Positions 17,457-27,515 of a DNA stretch of 61,749 nucleotides are shown piece after piece. A program made the translations under genes and the position numbers. Below the pieces are notes generated by a model. It was not told the origin of the DNA. It worked only from the letters and a program-made list of their open reading frames with translations, and did no database searches. Position 1 is the first letter of the stretch. Every line of letters begins with the position of its first letter. The DNA is from Deltaproteobacteria bacterium (lineage in GTDB: Bacteria > SAR324 > NAC60-12): positions 81,403 to 143,151 of the forward strand of contig JAYOTF010000002.1 in the NCBI GenBank assembly GCA_038150265.1. Reading direction: 5' to 3'.

Positions 17457-19325
17457 ATGAAGACAATCCGACTCACCCTGGCGCAGGCGCTGATGCGCTT
17501 TCTTGATCAGCAGTACCTGGAAGTGGATGGCACGGAGCATAAGTTTGTCCACGGCGTGATGGGGATCTTTGGCCACGGAAACGTCACCGGCGTGGGCGAG
17601 GCGCTTGAATACGGAGGCACGAGCCTGAAGTACGTGCAGGGCAACAATGAGCAGGGGCTGGTGCACACCGCCACCGCGTTTGCCAAGCAGAAGAACCGGC
17701 TGGGCATTTACGCGGTCACCTCTTCCATTGGTCCGGGGGCCACCAACATGGTCACCGGTGCCGCCACGGCGACCGTCAACCGCATTCCGGTGTTGTTGCT
17801 TCCGGGGGACATCTTTGCGACCCGGCAGCCCGATCCGGTGCTGCAGCAGATTGAAACGCCCTGGGATGGAACGATCAACGCCAACGACGCCTTCCGTCCC
17901 GTGAGCCGCTACTGGGACCGCCTGCTGCGTCCGGAGCAGCTCATGCCTGCGGCGCTCAATGCGATGCGGGTGCTGACGGACCCGGTGGAAACAGGAGCCG
18001 TGACCCTGTGTTTGCCGCAGGACACTCAGGCGGAAGCCCATGATTACCCGGAGTCGTTTTTTGAGAAACGCGTGTGGCACCTGGACCGCCGGCCCCTGTC
18101 CGAGCGGGCGTTGCAGGAGGCCGTGAGTGTGCTTCGGGCGGCAAAGAAGCCCCTCATCCTGGCCGGCGGCGGCGTGCATTACTCCCTGGCTGCCGAAACG
18201 CTGCGGGAGTTTGCTGCAACCCTGGGCATTCCGGTGGCCGAAACGCAGGCCGGGAAGAGTGCCATGAGCTGGAAGGAGGCCATGAGTGTGGGAGGCCTGG
18301 GCGTGACCGGCACTGCTGCGGCCAATCAGCTGGCAGCCGAAGCCGATGTGGTCCTGGCGGTGGGAACACGACTGGGGGACTTCACCACCATGTCCAAGCT
18401 GGCCTTCAAGAACCCGGACATGACGCTTCTGGGGCTCAATGTGGCGTCGTTTGATGCTGTGAAGATGAACGGCGTCATGCTGCAGGCTGATGCAAAGGCC
18501 GGAATGGAGCAACTGCAAGGCGCGCTGCAGGAGGCCGGGTACCAGACCGAAGCGGCCTACCGGGAGCACGTGGCTCAGGTGCAGGCCGCGTGGAATGCGG
18601 AAGTGGACCGCCTCTATGCGTCAGAGGCTCCGGAAGGGAACCACCAGATGGCGGTGGTCGGAGCCGTGAACGCGGCTCTGGAGCCGGACGATGTCATCCT
18701 CTGTGCTGCAGGCTCGCTGCCGGGAGACCTGCACCGGGTCTGGCGCTGCGAGACGCCCAAGAGCTATCACATGGAATATGGCTACTCGTGCATGGGGTAT
18801 GAGGTCTCTGGGGCGCTGGGGGCGCAGCTGGCAAAGGACCGCGGGCAGGTCTATGCGATTGTGGGCGACGGCAGCTTCCTCATGCTGCACTCGGAGCTGC
18901 TCACCAGCCTCAAGGAGGGGGTCAAGGTGACCATCATCCTGCTCGACAACCACGGTTACCAGTGCATCAAGAACCTCCAGATGGCCCACGGCAGCGTTGG
19001 GTTTGGCAACGAATTCCGTGAGCGCGAGGCCAACACCGGGCGCCTCACGGGGGCAGTCACGGCTGTGGACTTCAGGCAGTATGCAGCCGCCTTGGGCGCC
19101 CAGGCCTTCCGGGCAGAGACCGTGGACGAGCTCAAGGCCTGTCTGGAAGCGGCCAAGCAGGAGCCCCGCTCGACCCTCATTGAAATCAAGGTCTTGCCCG
19201 GCACGATGACCAGCGGTTACGATTCCTGGTGGCGGGTTGGGGTTCCGGAGGTGTCTTCATGCGAGGCGACCCAGCAATCTCACCAGTCCATGGAGGCGAT
19301 GGTCCAGCAGGCCCGTCCCTTCTGA
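17457..19325 (+). CDS. iolD: 3D-(3,5/4)-trihydroxycyclohexane-1,2-dione hydrolase
   Basis: TIRLT.AQAL; IFGHGNV; SSIGPGATNM; YHMEYGYSCMGYE; TPP motif GDGSFLM. Confidence 0.97.
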   Translation: MKTIRLTLAQALMRFLDQQYLEVDGTEHKFVHGVMGIFGHGNVTGVGEALEYGGTSLKYVQGNNEQGLVHTATAFAKQKNRLGIYAVTSSIGPGATNMVTGAATATVNRIPVLLLPGDIFATRQPDPVLQQIETPWDGTINANDAFRPVSRYWDRLLRPEQLMPAALNAMRVLTDPVETGAVTLCLPQDTQAEAHDYPESFFEKRVWHLDRRPLSERALQEAVSVLRAAKKPLILAGGGVHYSLAAETLREFAATLGIPVAETQAGKSAMSWKEAMSVGGLGVTGTAAANQLAAEADVVLAVGTRLGDFTTMSKLAFKNPDMTLLGLNVASFDAVKMNGVMLQADAKAGMEQLQGALQEAGYQTEAAYREHVAQVQAAWNAEVDRLYASEAPEGNHQMAVVGAVNAALEPDDVILCAAGSLPGDLHRVWRCETPKSYHMEYGYSCMGYEVSGALGAQLAKDRGQVYAIVGDGSFLMLHSELLTSLKEGVKVTIILLDNHGYQCIKNLQMAHGSVGFGNEFREREANTGRLTGAVTAVDFRQYAAALGAQAFRAETVDELKACLEAAKQEPRSTLIEIKVLPGTMTSGYDSWWRVGVPEVSSCEATQQSHQSMEAMVQQARPF

Positions 19326-19387
19326 GCATCCAACGTCCGGCTCCTCCGGGAGCCTTCCCCCAAAACGCGCTCGCAGTGGAGCCACTT

Positions 19388-20281
19388 ATGTTTGCTGAAC
19401 ACGCAGTCAAGCTGGGCATTGCCCCGATCAACTGGACCAACGACGACCTTCCGGAGCTGGGAGGGCACATTCCCTTTGAACAGTGCATTGCCGAAATGGC
19501 AGAAGCCGGGTTCAGCGGTACGGAGGTGGGCAACAAGTACCCAAAGGATCCGGAGGTGCTCAGGCCTGCGCTGGCCCAGCACGGCCTGCAGGTGGCCAGT
19601 GCCTGGTACAGCACCTTCTTCAGTGAAGCCGGGCGGACACAGGAAACCGTGGAGGGCTTCATCCGCCACATGAACTTCCTCAAGGCCAGCGGGGCCGACC
19701 GGGTGAACGTCTGCGAATGCGGGAGCTGCGTTCAGGGAGGCCCGAAGCACGTCTTTGACCGCCCCAGGTACTCGGATGCGCAGTGGCAAAAGGTTGCAGA
19801 GGGGCTCAATGTGCTGGGTCGTCTGGCCCGAGAAAACGGCATGTACATGGCCTACCACTACCACATGGGCACCATGGTCCAGACCGCTGCAGAAACGGAC
19901 CGCATCATGGACATGACGGACCCGGAGGCGGTGTTCCTGCTCATGGACTCGGGACACGCCTACTACGCGGGGGATGACCCGGTCGCGCTCACGAAAAAGT
20001 ACGTGGACCGCATCAGGCACGTCCACCTCAAGGACATCCGGCAGGAGGTGCTGGACCGGGTGCATGCCGAGAAGCTGACCTTCCTGGAGTCGGTCAAGGC
20101 GGGGGCTTTCACGGTGCCGGGAGACGGGTGCATCGACTTTGATCCAATCTTTGCCGAACTTGCCCAAAGCGGATATGAGGGCTGGATGGTGGTGGAGGCC
20201 GAACAGGATCCGGACCAGGCCAATCCGCTGGAGTATGCCAAACGGGCCCGCGCCTACATCCGTGAACACGCAGGAGTCTGA
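19388..20281 (+). CDS. iolE: Myo-inosose-2 dehydratase
   Basis: GIAPINWTNDDLPELG; YHYHMGT; HVHLKD; FTVPGDG; VVEAEQDP. Confidence 0.97.
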   Translation: MFAEHAVKLGIAPINWTNDDLPELGGHIPFEQCIAEMAEAGFSGTEVGNKYPKDPEVLRPALAQHGLQVASAWYSTFFSEAGRTQETVEGFIRHMNFLKASGADRVNVCECGSCVQGGPKHVFDRPRYSDAQWQKVAEGLNVLGRLARENGMYMAYHYHMGTMVQTAAETDRIMDMTDPEAVFLLMDSGHAYYAGDDPVALTKKYVDRIRHVHLKDIRQEVLDRVHAEKLTFLESVKAGAFTVPGDGCIDFDPIFAELAQSGYEGWMVVEAEQDPDQANPLEYAKRARAYIREHAGV

Positions 20282-21441
20282 TGCACAACCAATTTCGCAA
20301 GATCCGCCCACTCCGTTACGGAATGATCGGCGGCGGCGCCACGAGTCAGATCGGAGACAGCCACCGGGTGGCGCTGGCGTGGGATCACTGCTACGACCTC
20401 GTTGCCGGAGCCTTCGACATTGACCCGCAGCTGGGGCAGGAGTTCGGGGCTCGCCTGGGACTGGATCCGGAACGTGTGTACGCGAACCATGAGGAGATGG
20501 CGCGCGCGGAGCAGGCTCGTGAAGATGGGGTGGAAGTGGTGGGCATCATGACGCCGAATGCGACGCACCATGCCATCGCCCGGGCTTTTTTGGAGGCGGG
20601 CATTCACGTCATTCTGGAGAAGCCGATCACGACCAACCTGAAGGACGCGGAAGACCTGATCGCCCTGGCCAAATCCAGGGACCTGATCTGTGCCTCCATG
20701 TACGGCTACAGTGGCTACCCGATGATTCGGCAGGCTCGGGCGATGGTCCGGAACGGGGACCTCGGCGCCATCCGGGTGGTGCAGACGGAGTTTGCGCATG
20801 GAAACTGTGCCGTCGCGGTGGAGAAGCACAGCGCCGGAGCCAGGTGGCGAAACGACCCGGCCCAGTCGGGCGCAACGTTTGTGCTGGGGGACATTGGCAC
20901 CCATGCCCTGCACCTGGCCACCTACATCACGGGACAGCGCGTCTCTGAGGTGGCCTGTGACCGCCAGTGCTTTGTGGAGGGCCGGAGCCTGGAAGACAAT
21001 GCACACGTCCTCATGCGCTTTTCAGAGGGCGCGTCCGGATTTCTCTGGGCAAGTGGCATTGCGGTCGGGCACCGGCATGGGCTGGCGATCCGGATCTACG
21101 GATCCGAGGCGGGGATTGAGTGGCATCAGGAGCGTCCCAACCAGCTGCATTATGCCCGTTTGGGAGAGAGTCCCCGCCTGCTGGAGTTGGATTCTCCCGA
21201 GCTGTATCCGGAGGCCCGTCGCCTGCTGCGAGTGGGAGCGGGGCATCCAGAGGGGTACTTTGAGGCGTTCACCAATGTGTATTCGGATGTGGCCGAGTCC
21301 ATCCTGGCACGCAAGGCTGGGCGAGCCCCTGATCCGCTTTCCACCGACTTCCCCACCCTGGAGCAAGGAGCCGAAGGCGTCCGCTTCCTGGAGGCCTGTG
21401 TCGAGTCATCGACCGCTTCCGGCGCGTGGGTTCCGCTTTAG
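20281..21441 (+). CDS. Gfo/Idh/MocA-family oxidoreductase
   Basis: GMIGGG; TPNATH; EKP; GDIGTHA; GHPEGYFEAF; coupled to iolE. Confidence 0.9.
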   Translation: MHNQFRKIRPLRYGMIGGGATSQIGDSHRVALAWDHCYDLVAGAFDIDPQLGQEFGARLGLDPERVYANHEEMARAEQAREDGVEVVGIMTPNATHHAIARAFLEAGIHVILEKPITTNLKDAEDLIALAKSRDLICASMYGYSGYPMIRQARAMVRNGDLGAIRVVQTEFAHGNCAVAVEKHSAGARWRNDPAQSGATFVLGDIGTHALHLATYITGQRVSEVACDRQCFVEGRSLEDNAHVLMRFSEGASGFLWASGIAVGHRHGLAIRIYGSEAGIEWHQERPNQLHYARLGESPRLLELDSPELYPEARRLLRVGAGHPEGYFEAFTNVYSDVAESILARKAGRAPDPLSTDFPTLEQGAEGVRFLEACVESSTASGAWVPL

Positions 21442-21454
21442 AGTCCAGCCGCGT

Positions 21455-21961
21455 CTACTCCCACACGCAGCGTCCGACGGAGCCACGCAGGCAGCGGCGT
21501 CCGTCGGTCCAGGTTGCCATCTGGAGGTTGGTGCCAAGGAAGTGCAGAGGCGCTTCCTGCGGGGACTCAACCACGGCATCACTGAAGTTCACTCCCCAGA
21601 GGTTGGCCTGGCGCAGGTCGGCCTTCATGAGGTTCGCCTCCCGGAAGTCGGCAAACTTGGCCTTGACGCGCCGGAGGCAACTTTCCTGCAGATCGGCTTG
21701 CATCAGGTAGGCGCCCCAGAGGTTGGCGCGCTCCAGGTTCGCACCCCGGAGGCAGGCGCCGCTGAGGTTCGCTTGCTGGAAGACGGTTCCCCGGAGGTCG
21801 GCGCCCTGGAGGTTGGCTTGCTCCAGGTTGGCTCCGAGCAGCACCGCGTGCGAGAGGTCCACCCCCTGAAGGTCGGCGCCGCTGAGGTTGGCCTGGGCGC
21901 CGTCCGTCCGCTCACTTTCAACCCAAAGCTGGTGCTCTTCCAAAATCTTGAGGATATCCAT
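21455..21961 (-). CDS. Pentapeptide repeat protein
   Basis: Many A(D/N)Lxx repeats. Confidence 0.9.
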   Translation of the reverse strand: MDILKILEEHQLWVESERTDGAQANLSGADLQGVDLSHAVLLGANLEQANLQGADLRGTVFQQANLSGACLRGANLERANLWGAYLMQADLQESCLRRVKAKFADFREANLMKADLRQANLWGVNFSDAVVESPQEAPLHFLGTNLQMATWTDGRRCLRGSVGRCVWE

Positions 21962-22069
21962 GCCCAATCGTGATAGAGGTTGTTGGGAAACCTAGCATAG
22001 CGTTGCCGATTGTCGGGGGTCAAGCGGTGGATGCATCCTGATGTCACCCCCACTCCTGCCGGAGGATCC

Positions 22070-22759
22070 ATGACCATCCAACTGTATGAATTGGCCGCGG
22101 CTGAAGACGATCACGTGTTCAGTCCGTACTGCTGGCGCATTCGCCTCGCGCTTGCCCACAAGGGGCTTCCGTTTGAAAGCCTCCCTTGGCGGATGACGGA
22201 GAAAGAAAAAATTTCCTTTTCAGGAAGTGAGCTTGTTCCTGTCCTCGTGGACGGCGATACTGTGGTGACGGAAAGCTGGGACATCCTCGCGTACCTCGAG
22301 GAGCGCTACCCCGAAGCCCCCCTCGGCCTGACGCAGGGAGAAGCCCGGTTTGTGCGCTACTGGACCGAGCTGGTGCTGCACCCCGGATTGAGCCGCATGA
22401 TCGTGTTTGACGTCTTTGAAACGGTTCATCCAAAGGACCAGGGCTACTTCCGGGAAACGCGGGAGCGGCGCTTTGGCCAACCGCTGGAAGCCTTTTCGGC
22501 AGAGACCGACCGCAAGCTGCAGGAGTTCCGGAACGCCATGGCGCCTCTGCGGAAGACGCTGGAAGCCCAGCCCTTTCTCGGAGGAGACACGCCGAATGTT
22601 TCGGATTACGTGGTCTTCAGTGGGCTGATGTGGGCACGGTGTACGTCTCCCCTGGTGGTGCTGGAAGAAGCGGACCCGATTCATGCCTGGCGAGAGAAGC
22701 TGCTCGACGCTTTTGACGGCATGGCCCGGAAGGCTCCATTTCGTGAAGGCAAGATCTGA
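22070..22759 (+). CDS. Glutathione S-transferase, LigE/beta-etherase-like subfamily
   Basis: GGAGG RBS; FSPYCWRIRLALAHKGL; VPVLVDG; ESWDI; YFRETRERRFG. Confidence 0.85.
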   Translation: MTIQLYELAAAEDDHVFSPYCWRIRLALAHKGLPFESLPWRMTEKEKISFSGSELVPVLVDGDTVVTESWDILAYLEERYPEAPLGLTQGEARFVRYWTELVLHPGLSRMIVFDVFETVHPKDQGYFRETRERRFGQPLEAFSAETDRKLQEFRNAMAPLRKTLEAQPFLGGDTPNVSDYVVFSGLMWARCTSPLVVLEEADPIHAWREKLLDAFDGMARKAPFREGKI

Positions 22760-22877
22760 GCGACGCCGGGCGCATCAAAAAAAGATGAGCACCTTTTGAA
22801 AGAACGAGGCTTGGTCCGTCTTCAGCAGGTGAAACGGATAACGAACCGAATTTCCCGATTGGGGAGAAAGGACCAAG

Positions 22878-23864
22878 ATGACATTTTTTTCCTCGCCCAA
22901 GCTGCTGGCAGGGGCCGCATTGAGCCTGTTGGTGGGGCTCTCCGGCTGCTCGGATGAGCAACTCAACTCCCTGTTGCAACAAGCGTTGGACAACCAGACC
23001 GTTGCTGGGACCACTGATAATCAGAGCATTACCACCGCTGATGACAATGCTTCTTCCGGAGTCAACCTGACCTGTTCCGGGCGTCCGGATGACGGTCGGG
23101 CGACCGGCCGAACGGTTCTGCACGAAGGAGAAGACCGGGAGCGTGGTGAAGACCATGGCGATGACGACGGGTCGTCACACGAACAGGAAGGCCCCAGAGG
23201 TCCTCGCCCCGAGGTCAGCGATTCAAACGATGGCTATGGGCAGGACCCAAACAATGGCTCGGATGCTCAGGCGTCCAATGAGGGCTATGGGCAGGATCCG
23301 TACGATGGCTCGAATGAAACGGAACCGCCTCCGCCTCCACCGCAGACGGGTGACGCGTCCGACTCCGATTCCCATGATTCCGGAGCCGGGCCCCACGATC
23401 CGGCTCATGATCCGGGAAGCGAGGGAAGCCACCTGAACGACGGTTCCGGAGCCGGCTGCGGACCTGAAGCCCTGGCCAGTGTGACGGGAGCTTCGCGGAG
23501 CCACCACTTTGGAGAAGACTGCATGGCCTGTCACACGGCAGGAAGCGGAAGTGAGGCCGGTGAGCATGCGTTCACCATCGCGGGAAGCATCTACCGCAAC
23601 GGAAGCGCTCTGCTGGACAGCGAGGCGACGGTCAGCTTCTACACCGAATCCTACGGCCGAGGCACTCATGTGCTGACCCTGCCCGTTGATGCGGAAGGGA
23701 ACTTCTTCACGAATCAGTCGATTCCGGAACTCAGCCAGGGCCTCTACCCACAAGTGGAACACCAAGGATGGACCACGTCGATGGTCTCACAGCCAACCAC
23801 AACGGGCTCCTGTGCCAGCTGCCATGCCAGCACCACTGCCCAGGGCCCGATTTACGCCCAGTAA
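22878..23864 (+). CDS. Diheme c-type cytochrome lipoprotein with long acidic low-complexity linker
   Basis: Lipobox LSGC; D/G/S/P-rich linker; DCMACH and SCASCH flanking a beta-sandwich-like segment. Confidence 0.8.
   Translation: MTFFSSPKLLAGAALSLLVGLSGCSDEQLNSLLQQALDNQTVAGTTDNQSITTADDNASSGVNLTCSGRPDDGRATGRTVLHEGEDRERGEDHGDDDGSSHEQEGPRGPRPEVSDSNDGYGQDPNNGSDAQASNEGYGQDPYDGSNETEPPPPPPQTGDASDSDSHDSGAGPHDPAHDPGSEGSHLNDGSGAGCGPEALASVTGASRSHHFGEDCMACHTAGSGSEAGEHAFTIAGSIYRNGSALLDSEATVSFYTESYGRGTHVLTLPVDAEGNFFTNQSIPELSQGLYPQVEHQGWTTSMVSQPTTTGSCASCHASTTAQGPIYAQ
23223..23315 (+). repeat. 51-bp imperfect coding tandem repeat
   Basis: GGCTATGGGCAGGAYCC..A.GATGGCTCG-like unit twice, encoding SN(D/E)GYGQDPxxGS. 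Confidence 0.7.
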
Positions 23865-23991
23865 CCCTGCTTCGACCGAAGCTCCGGCCTCTCCAAGCTC
23901 CTCAGGACCCCGCGACCCTTCGGTGGTCCTGGCTTCCGGGGCTTCGGTCTCTTTCCAGCCTTCCCCTCTCTTCCTCACCTCCCGGCGCGTG

Positions 23992-24921
23992 CTAAGGGGC
24001 CGTTGTTTCCGGAAGCACCCCGGTGACTTCATACAGGTTGGTCAACTCGGCCAGCCCCTTGAGCCGCAGGCGCAGGGTCTCCCGAATCGCCACACGGTCC
24101 TGAACCTGTTGATACACGGCATCCGTGATCAGCAGTCGGGTCCGGGCGTCCTTGTTGGCAGATTCGACTCGGGCGGCAATGTTGACCGCCTCACCAATCA
24201 GGCTCATGCGTTCTGACCCCGGAGCCCCCATCATGCCAAAAATCACCTCTCCCCAGTGGATGCCGATCCGGACCCGAAAGGGAGCCCCAAGGTTTTCCTG
24301 CACTTCTTCCGAAAAGCGTTCGACCTGCTCCAGCACCTCACAGGCGGCCTGAACTCCAGGCAGCGGATTGCTGGCGGGGTCATCCAGTCCGAAGACGGCG
24401 AGGAAGGCATCGCCGACGTAGTTGTTCATCTGTCCGCCGTGGCGCGTCACAACCTCGCCGACCATGTCGAAGTACTTGTTGACCAGAAACATCAGGTCAA
24501 ACGGAGGAATCCGTTGGCTCATGGGGGTGAAGTCCTCAATGTCGCCAAAGAGGATGGTGGCTTTCTGAGCCTCACCAATGGGGCCGGCGCATCGGGCCTG
24601 CTGTTTGGAAAGTCTGGCGTCCCGGGAGTCTCGCAGGAGCTTCCGGACAGTGAGGTCGCCTTCTGCCTTGAGCTGGCAGGCGAGGCGAACGGTGGGAGGA
24701 AGCCGGAGGCGGTCGGCCATCTTCTGCTCCACCTCATTGCGGGGCTGGCAGTGAACCAGTCCATCCAGCACCTCCACCCGGCAGGTGGAGCAGCGCCCGA
24801 CCCCTCCGCACGCGTGGTAGTGTTTCAGCCCCTCTCGGAGGATCGCCTTCAGGAGGGGCTCATCGGCACAAAGGTCAACAGACTGGTTTTCCGGGTGCAA
24901 GGTGACGCGGTAGGAGGGCAT
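23992..24921 (-). CDS. [2Fe-2S] ferredoxin domain fused to a class III nucleotidyl cyclase
   Basis: CGGVGRCSTC...RLACQ; ILFGDIEDFT; YVGDA; RIGIHWG; VNIAARVE. Confidence 0.92.
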   Translation of the reverse strand: MPSYRVTLHPENQSVDLCADEPLLKAILREGLKHYHACGGVGRCSTCRVEVLDGLVHCQPRNEVEQKMADRLRLPPTVRLACQLKAEGDLTVRKLLRDSRDARLSKQQARCAGPIGEAQKATILFGDIEDFTPMSQRIPPFDLMFLVNKYFDMVGEVVTRHGGQMNNYVGDAFLAVFGLDDPASNPLPGVQAACEVLEQVERFSEEVQENLGAPFRVRIGIHWGEVIFGMMGAPGSERMSLIGEAVNIAARVESANKDARTRLLITDAVYQQVQDRVAIRETLRLRLKGLAELTNLYEVTGVLPETTAP

Positions 24922-24996
24922 GGTTTCAACAGAGGAGAGTGGATCAAGCGTGGAGGTCGATGGTGGCTTCAGCAGGGTAATCCGGGAAGCCGGACG

Positions 24997-25095
24997 TGGC
25001 GGAAGTGTGTGGGAATCGAACCCACCAAAGACAGGATTAGTGCCTTTCTCGCGGTTTTGAAGACCGGGGCGCCCACCAGTGACGCATCCACCTCC
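24997..25095 (-). tRNA. selC: tRNA-Sec (UCA)
   Basis: 99 nt; CGGTCTTCAAAACCG anticodon arm; long variable arm; GTGGGTTCGATTCCCAC T-arm; extended acceptor stem; GCCA end. Confidence 0.95.
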
Positions 25096-25217
25096 GGGGA
25101 GAGCATCAGCGTCGCAAAACCGGGCTCAAATGTCCAGAGCTTGCACCTGTGAGGAGGAATCAGGCGTAATGGTGGCTTGCCATCTGATCTGCACTGATTT
25201 TCTCTGGAAACCCAACC

Positions 25218-27515
25218 GTGCTGTCCCTCCCCTTCTCTTCCTTGTGGCTCCGGTGGAGCCTGCTGCTGAGCCTGCTGCTGAGCACCACCGGAACACTCCA
25301 CGCACAGCTGGAGCGCTCCCTCCCTGTGGCGGAGCTGCGCCAAAGCCTCCGGACGCTTGAGCAGCAGCGCTGGACGGCGCAGCAGCCACGTGCCGAACTG
25401 GCCCGGGCATTGAGCCGGCTCGCCTTCTTGCAACAGGAAACGGAACGGTGCCTCGCTCAAACGGCTCCGGACCTGAAGCGGGTGGAAGCGACCCTGAAGC
25501 AGTCGGAAGGGCTGACGATTGAGAATGCTCGCCTGAAGGCCGAGCTGTCGCGGCTCCAGCGGCGGCGGACGGAGCTGGGCGAGCAGCTGCTGGAGTGCCG
25601 GCTTCTGCAGAGCCGTGCTGCCGAACTGACCGATCACCTGCAGACGATGCTCCGGGAACAGCTTCAGCAGCGCCTGACGCAGAAAGACGTGCCCCGCTGG
25701 GAACTGCTGAGGCAGCTGCAGGAGGAGCCGGCGTGGAGCCGGTTGCTGCAGACGCCGCTGCGCCTGCCCGAAACGGTGCCATGGGACCGAGTGCTGATGG
25801 TGGTGCTTCCTGCGTTTTTTGCTTGGGGAGTGGCGGTACAGGTGCGGCGCCTGCCGCTGTTTGATCAGGCGGGGCATCAGGTCTTCCGGGCCGTTGCCAC
25901 CCACTTTCCCTGGGGGGCCGCATTGCTGAGCATGTGGGGCTCCCTGAGCCTCATGCTGCCCGGAGAAGCCTCCACGGTGCTGGAGGGATTACTGCTCCTG
26001 CTTTTGCTGCGCCTGGGGCTTTCCGGACTGCTTCCCGATGCCAAGGGGGTGTCGCTGCTGGGGCTGGATCAAGCTCGTGCCCGGCGCTTGCGGTCTGGAA
26101 GCATGCGCTTTGCCGGATTGCTGTGGCTCCGAGAGGTGCTGATGGCCGGAGCGGTTCCGGTGCCCGCTCCCTGGGAGGGGCTGCTGCAGTCCGGAGTGAT
26201 GGTCCTGGCGGCACTGGCGCTCTTGCCCCTGCTCCGGCAAGTGTCGGTACTTCCGGGGCCCTGGGAGCACCGGGCGGCACGGTGGGCGGTGGGCGTGCTG
26301 GTGGGCGTGGTGCTGTTGGCGGAAATCACGGGGTACCGCGTGCTGGCAGCGTACCTGCTCTATGGCCTGGCCGGGACGCTGGGGACGTTCTTCCTGTTTG
26401 AAATCCTGAGGCGCGGCAACGCCGAGGTCTGTGACCAGCTCAACGCCGGAACCGCACCGTGGGCTCGGCACTGGAGGAAGCAGTTGGCGGTACCGCAGCA
26501 GGCTCCCTTTCCCGGAACCGTCTGGCTCCGGACCCTGGTTGCGCTGGCGAACATGGTGCTGGCGCTGCTCTTTTTGCTGGCGTCGTGGCAACTCTCGGAA
26601 ACGGGTTCGGCGTGGGGGCAGGAGTTTTGGGTGCAGGGATTTGCCCTCGGGGAGATCCGGATCATTCCCACGAATGTCTTTCTGGCGGGCTTCTTTGTGG
26701 TCCTCATTGTTTCCACATCCCGGTGGTTGCGTCGGCAACTCCGGGAGCGCTGGCTCAGGCACACCGGACTGGATGAGGCAGAGCGCGAGACCATGGTCAC
26801 ACTCATCGGTTACGTGGCGACGATCCTTGCCTTTCTGGTGGGACTGGGACTGCTGGGGATCAAGCTGGAGAACATCGCTCTCATCGCAGGCGCCCTGTCT
26901 GTGGGCATCGGCTTTGGCCTTCAGAACATCATCAGCAACTTCATCTCCGGGCTGATCTTGCTGTTTGAGCGCCCCATCCGGACGGGAGACTGGGTGATTG
27001 TGGGCGCCGCTGAAGGCACAGTGAAGCAGATCCGGATTCGCTCGACGGTGATTGAGACCTTTGACCAGGCAGAAATCATTGTGCCAAATTCCGAGCTGAT
27101 CTCGGCTCAGGTCACCAACTGGACGCTGGAGAACCACCAGGGGCGCATTCTGGTGACCGTGGGGGTTGCGTATGGAAGCGATGTCCGGCGGGTGGAAGAG
27201 CTGCTGATGGAAGCCGCTGCGGAGCATCCGGACGTCCTTCCGCCCGGCTCGGAATTGCCGCCGACGGTGGTCTTCACGTCATTCGGAGACAGCTCCCTCG
27301 ACTTCACCCTTCGGTGTCACACCGAGAATGTGCTCAACAAGATCTTCATTGGAAGTGACCTGCACTTTGCGATTGATGCAAAGTTCCGGGAGGCGGGAGT
27401 GGAAATCCCCTTCCCGCAACGCGACTTGCATCTGCGAAGCAGCAGCGTTGCAGGATGGGGTGCTCAGCAAGCGGTGCCTCCGGAGGCCAGAACGCTTCCG
27501 GAGGAGCAGGATTAG
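25218..27515 (+). CDS. Large MscS/MscK-family mechanosensitive channel
   Basis: Periplasmic coiled coil; multiple TMs; GALSVGIGFGLQNIISNFISGLILLFERPIRTGD; IPFPQRDLH. Confidence 0.93.
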   Translation: MLSLPFSSLWLRWSLLLSLLLSTTGTLHAQLERSLPVAELRQSLRTLEQQRWTAQQPRAELARALSRLAFLQQETERCLAQTAPDLKRVEATLKQSEGLTIENARLKAELSRLQRRRTELGEQLLECRLLQSRAAELTDHLQTMLREQLQQRLTQKDVPRWELLRQLQEEPAWSRLLQTPLRLPETVPWDRVLMVVLPAFFAWGVAVQVRRLPLFDQAGHQVFRAVATHFPWGAALLSMWGSLSLMLPGEASTVLEGLLLLLLLRLGLSGLLPDAKGVSLLGLDQARARRLRSGSMRFAGLLWLREVLMAGAVPVPAPWEGLLQSGVMVLAALALLPLLRQVSVLPGPWEHRAARWAVGVLVGVVLLAEITGYRVLAAYLLYGLAGTLGTFFLFEILRRGNAEVCDQLNAGTAPWARHWRKQLAVPQQAPFPGTVWLRTLVALANMVLALLFLLASWQLSETGSAWGQEFWVQGFALGEIRIIPTNVFLAGFFVVLIVSTSRWLRRQLRERWLRHTGLDEAERETMVTLIGYVATILAFLVGLGLLGIKLENIALIAGALSVGIGFGLQNIISNFISGLILLFERPIRTGDWVIVGAAEGTVKQIRIRSTVIETFDQAEIIVPNSELISAQVTNWTLENHQGRILVTVGVAYGSDVRRVEELLMEAAAEHPDVLPPGSELPPTVVFTSFGDSSLDFTLRCHTENVLNKIFIGSDLHFAIDAKFREAGVEIPFPQRDLHLRSSSVAGWGAQQAVPPEARTLPEEQD

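Noticed and set aside
21455..25095. Possible genomic island integrated at selC
   Set aside because: No integrase, no duplicated tRNA 3' end found, and no composition shift; TCCGGA density looks like the rest of the window.
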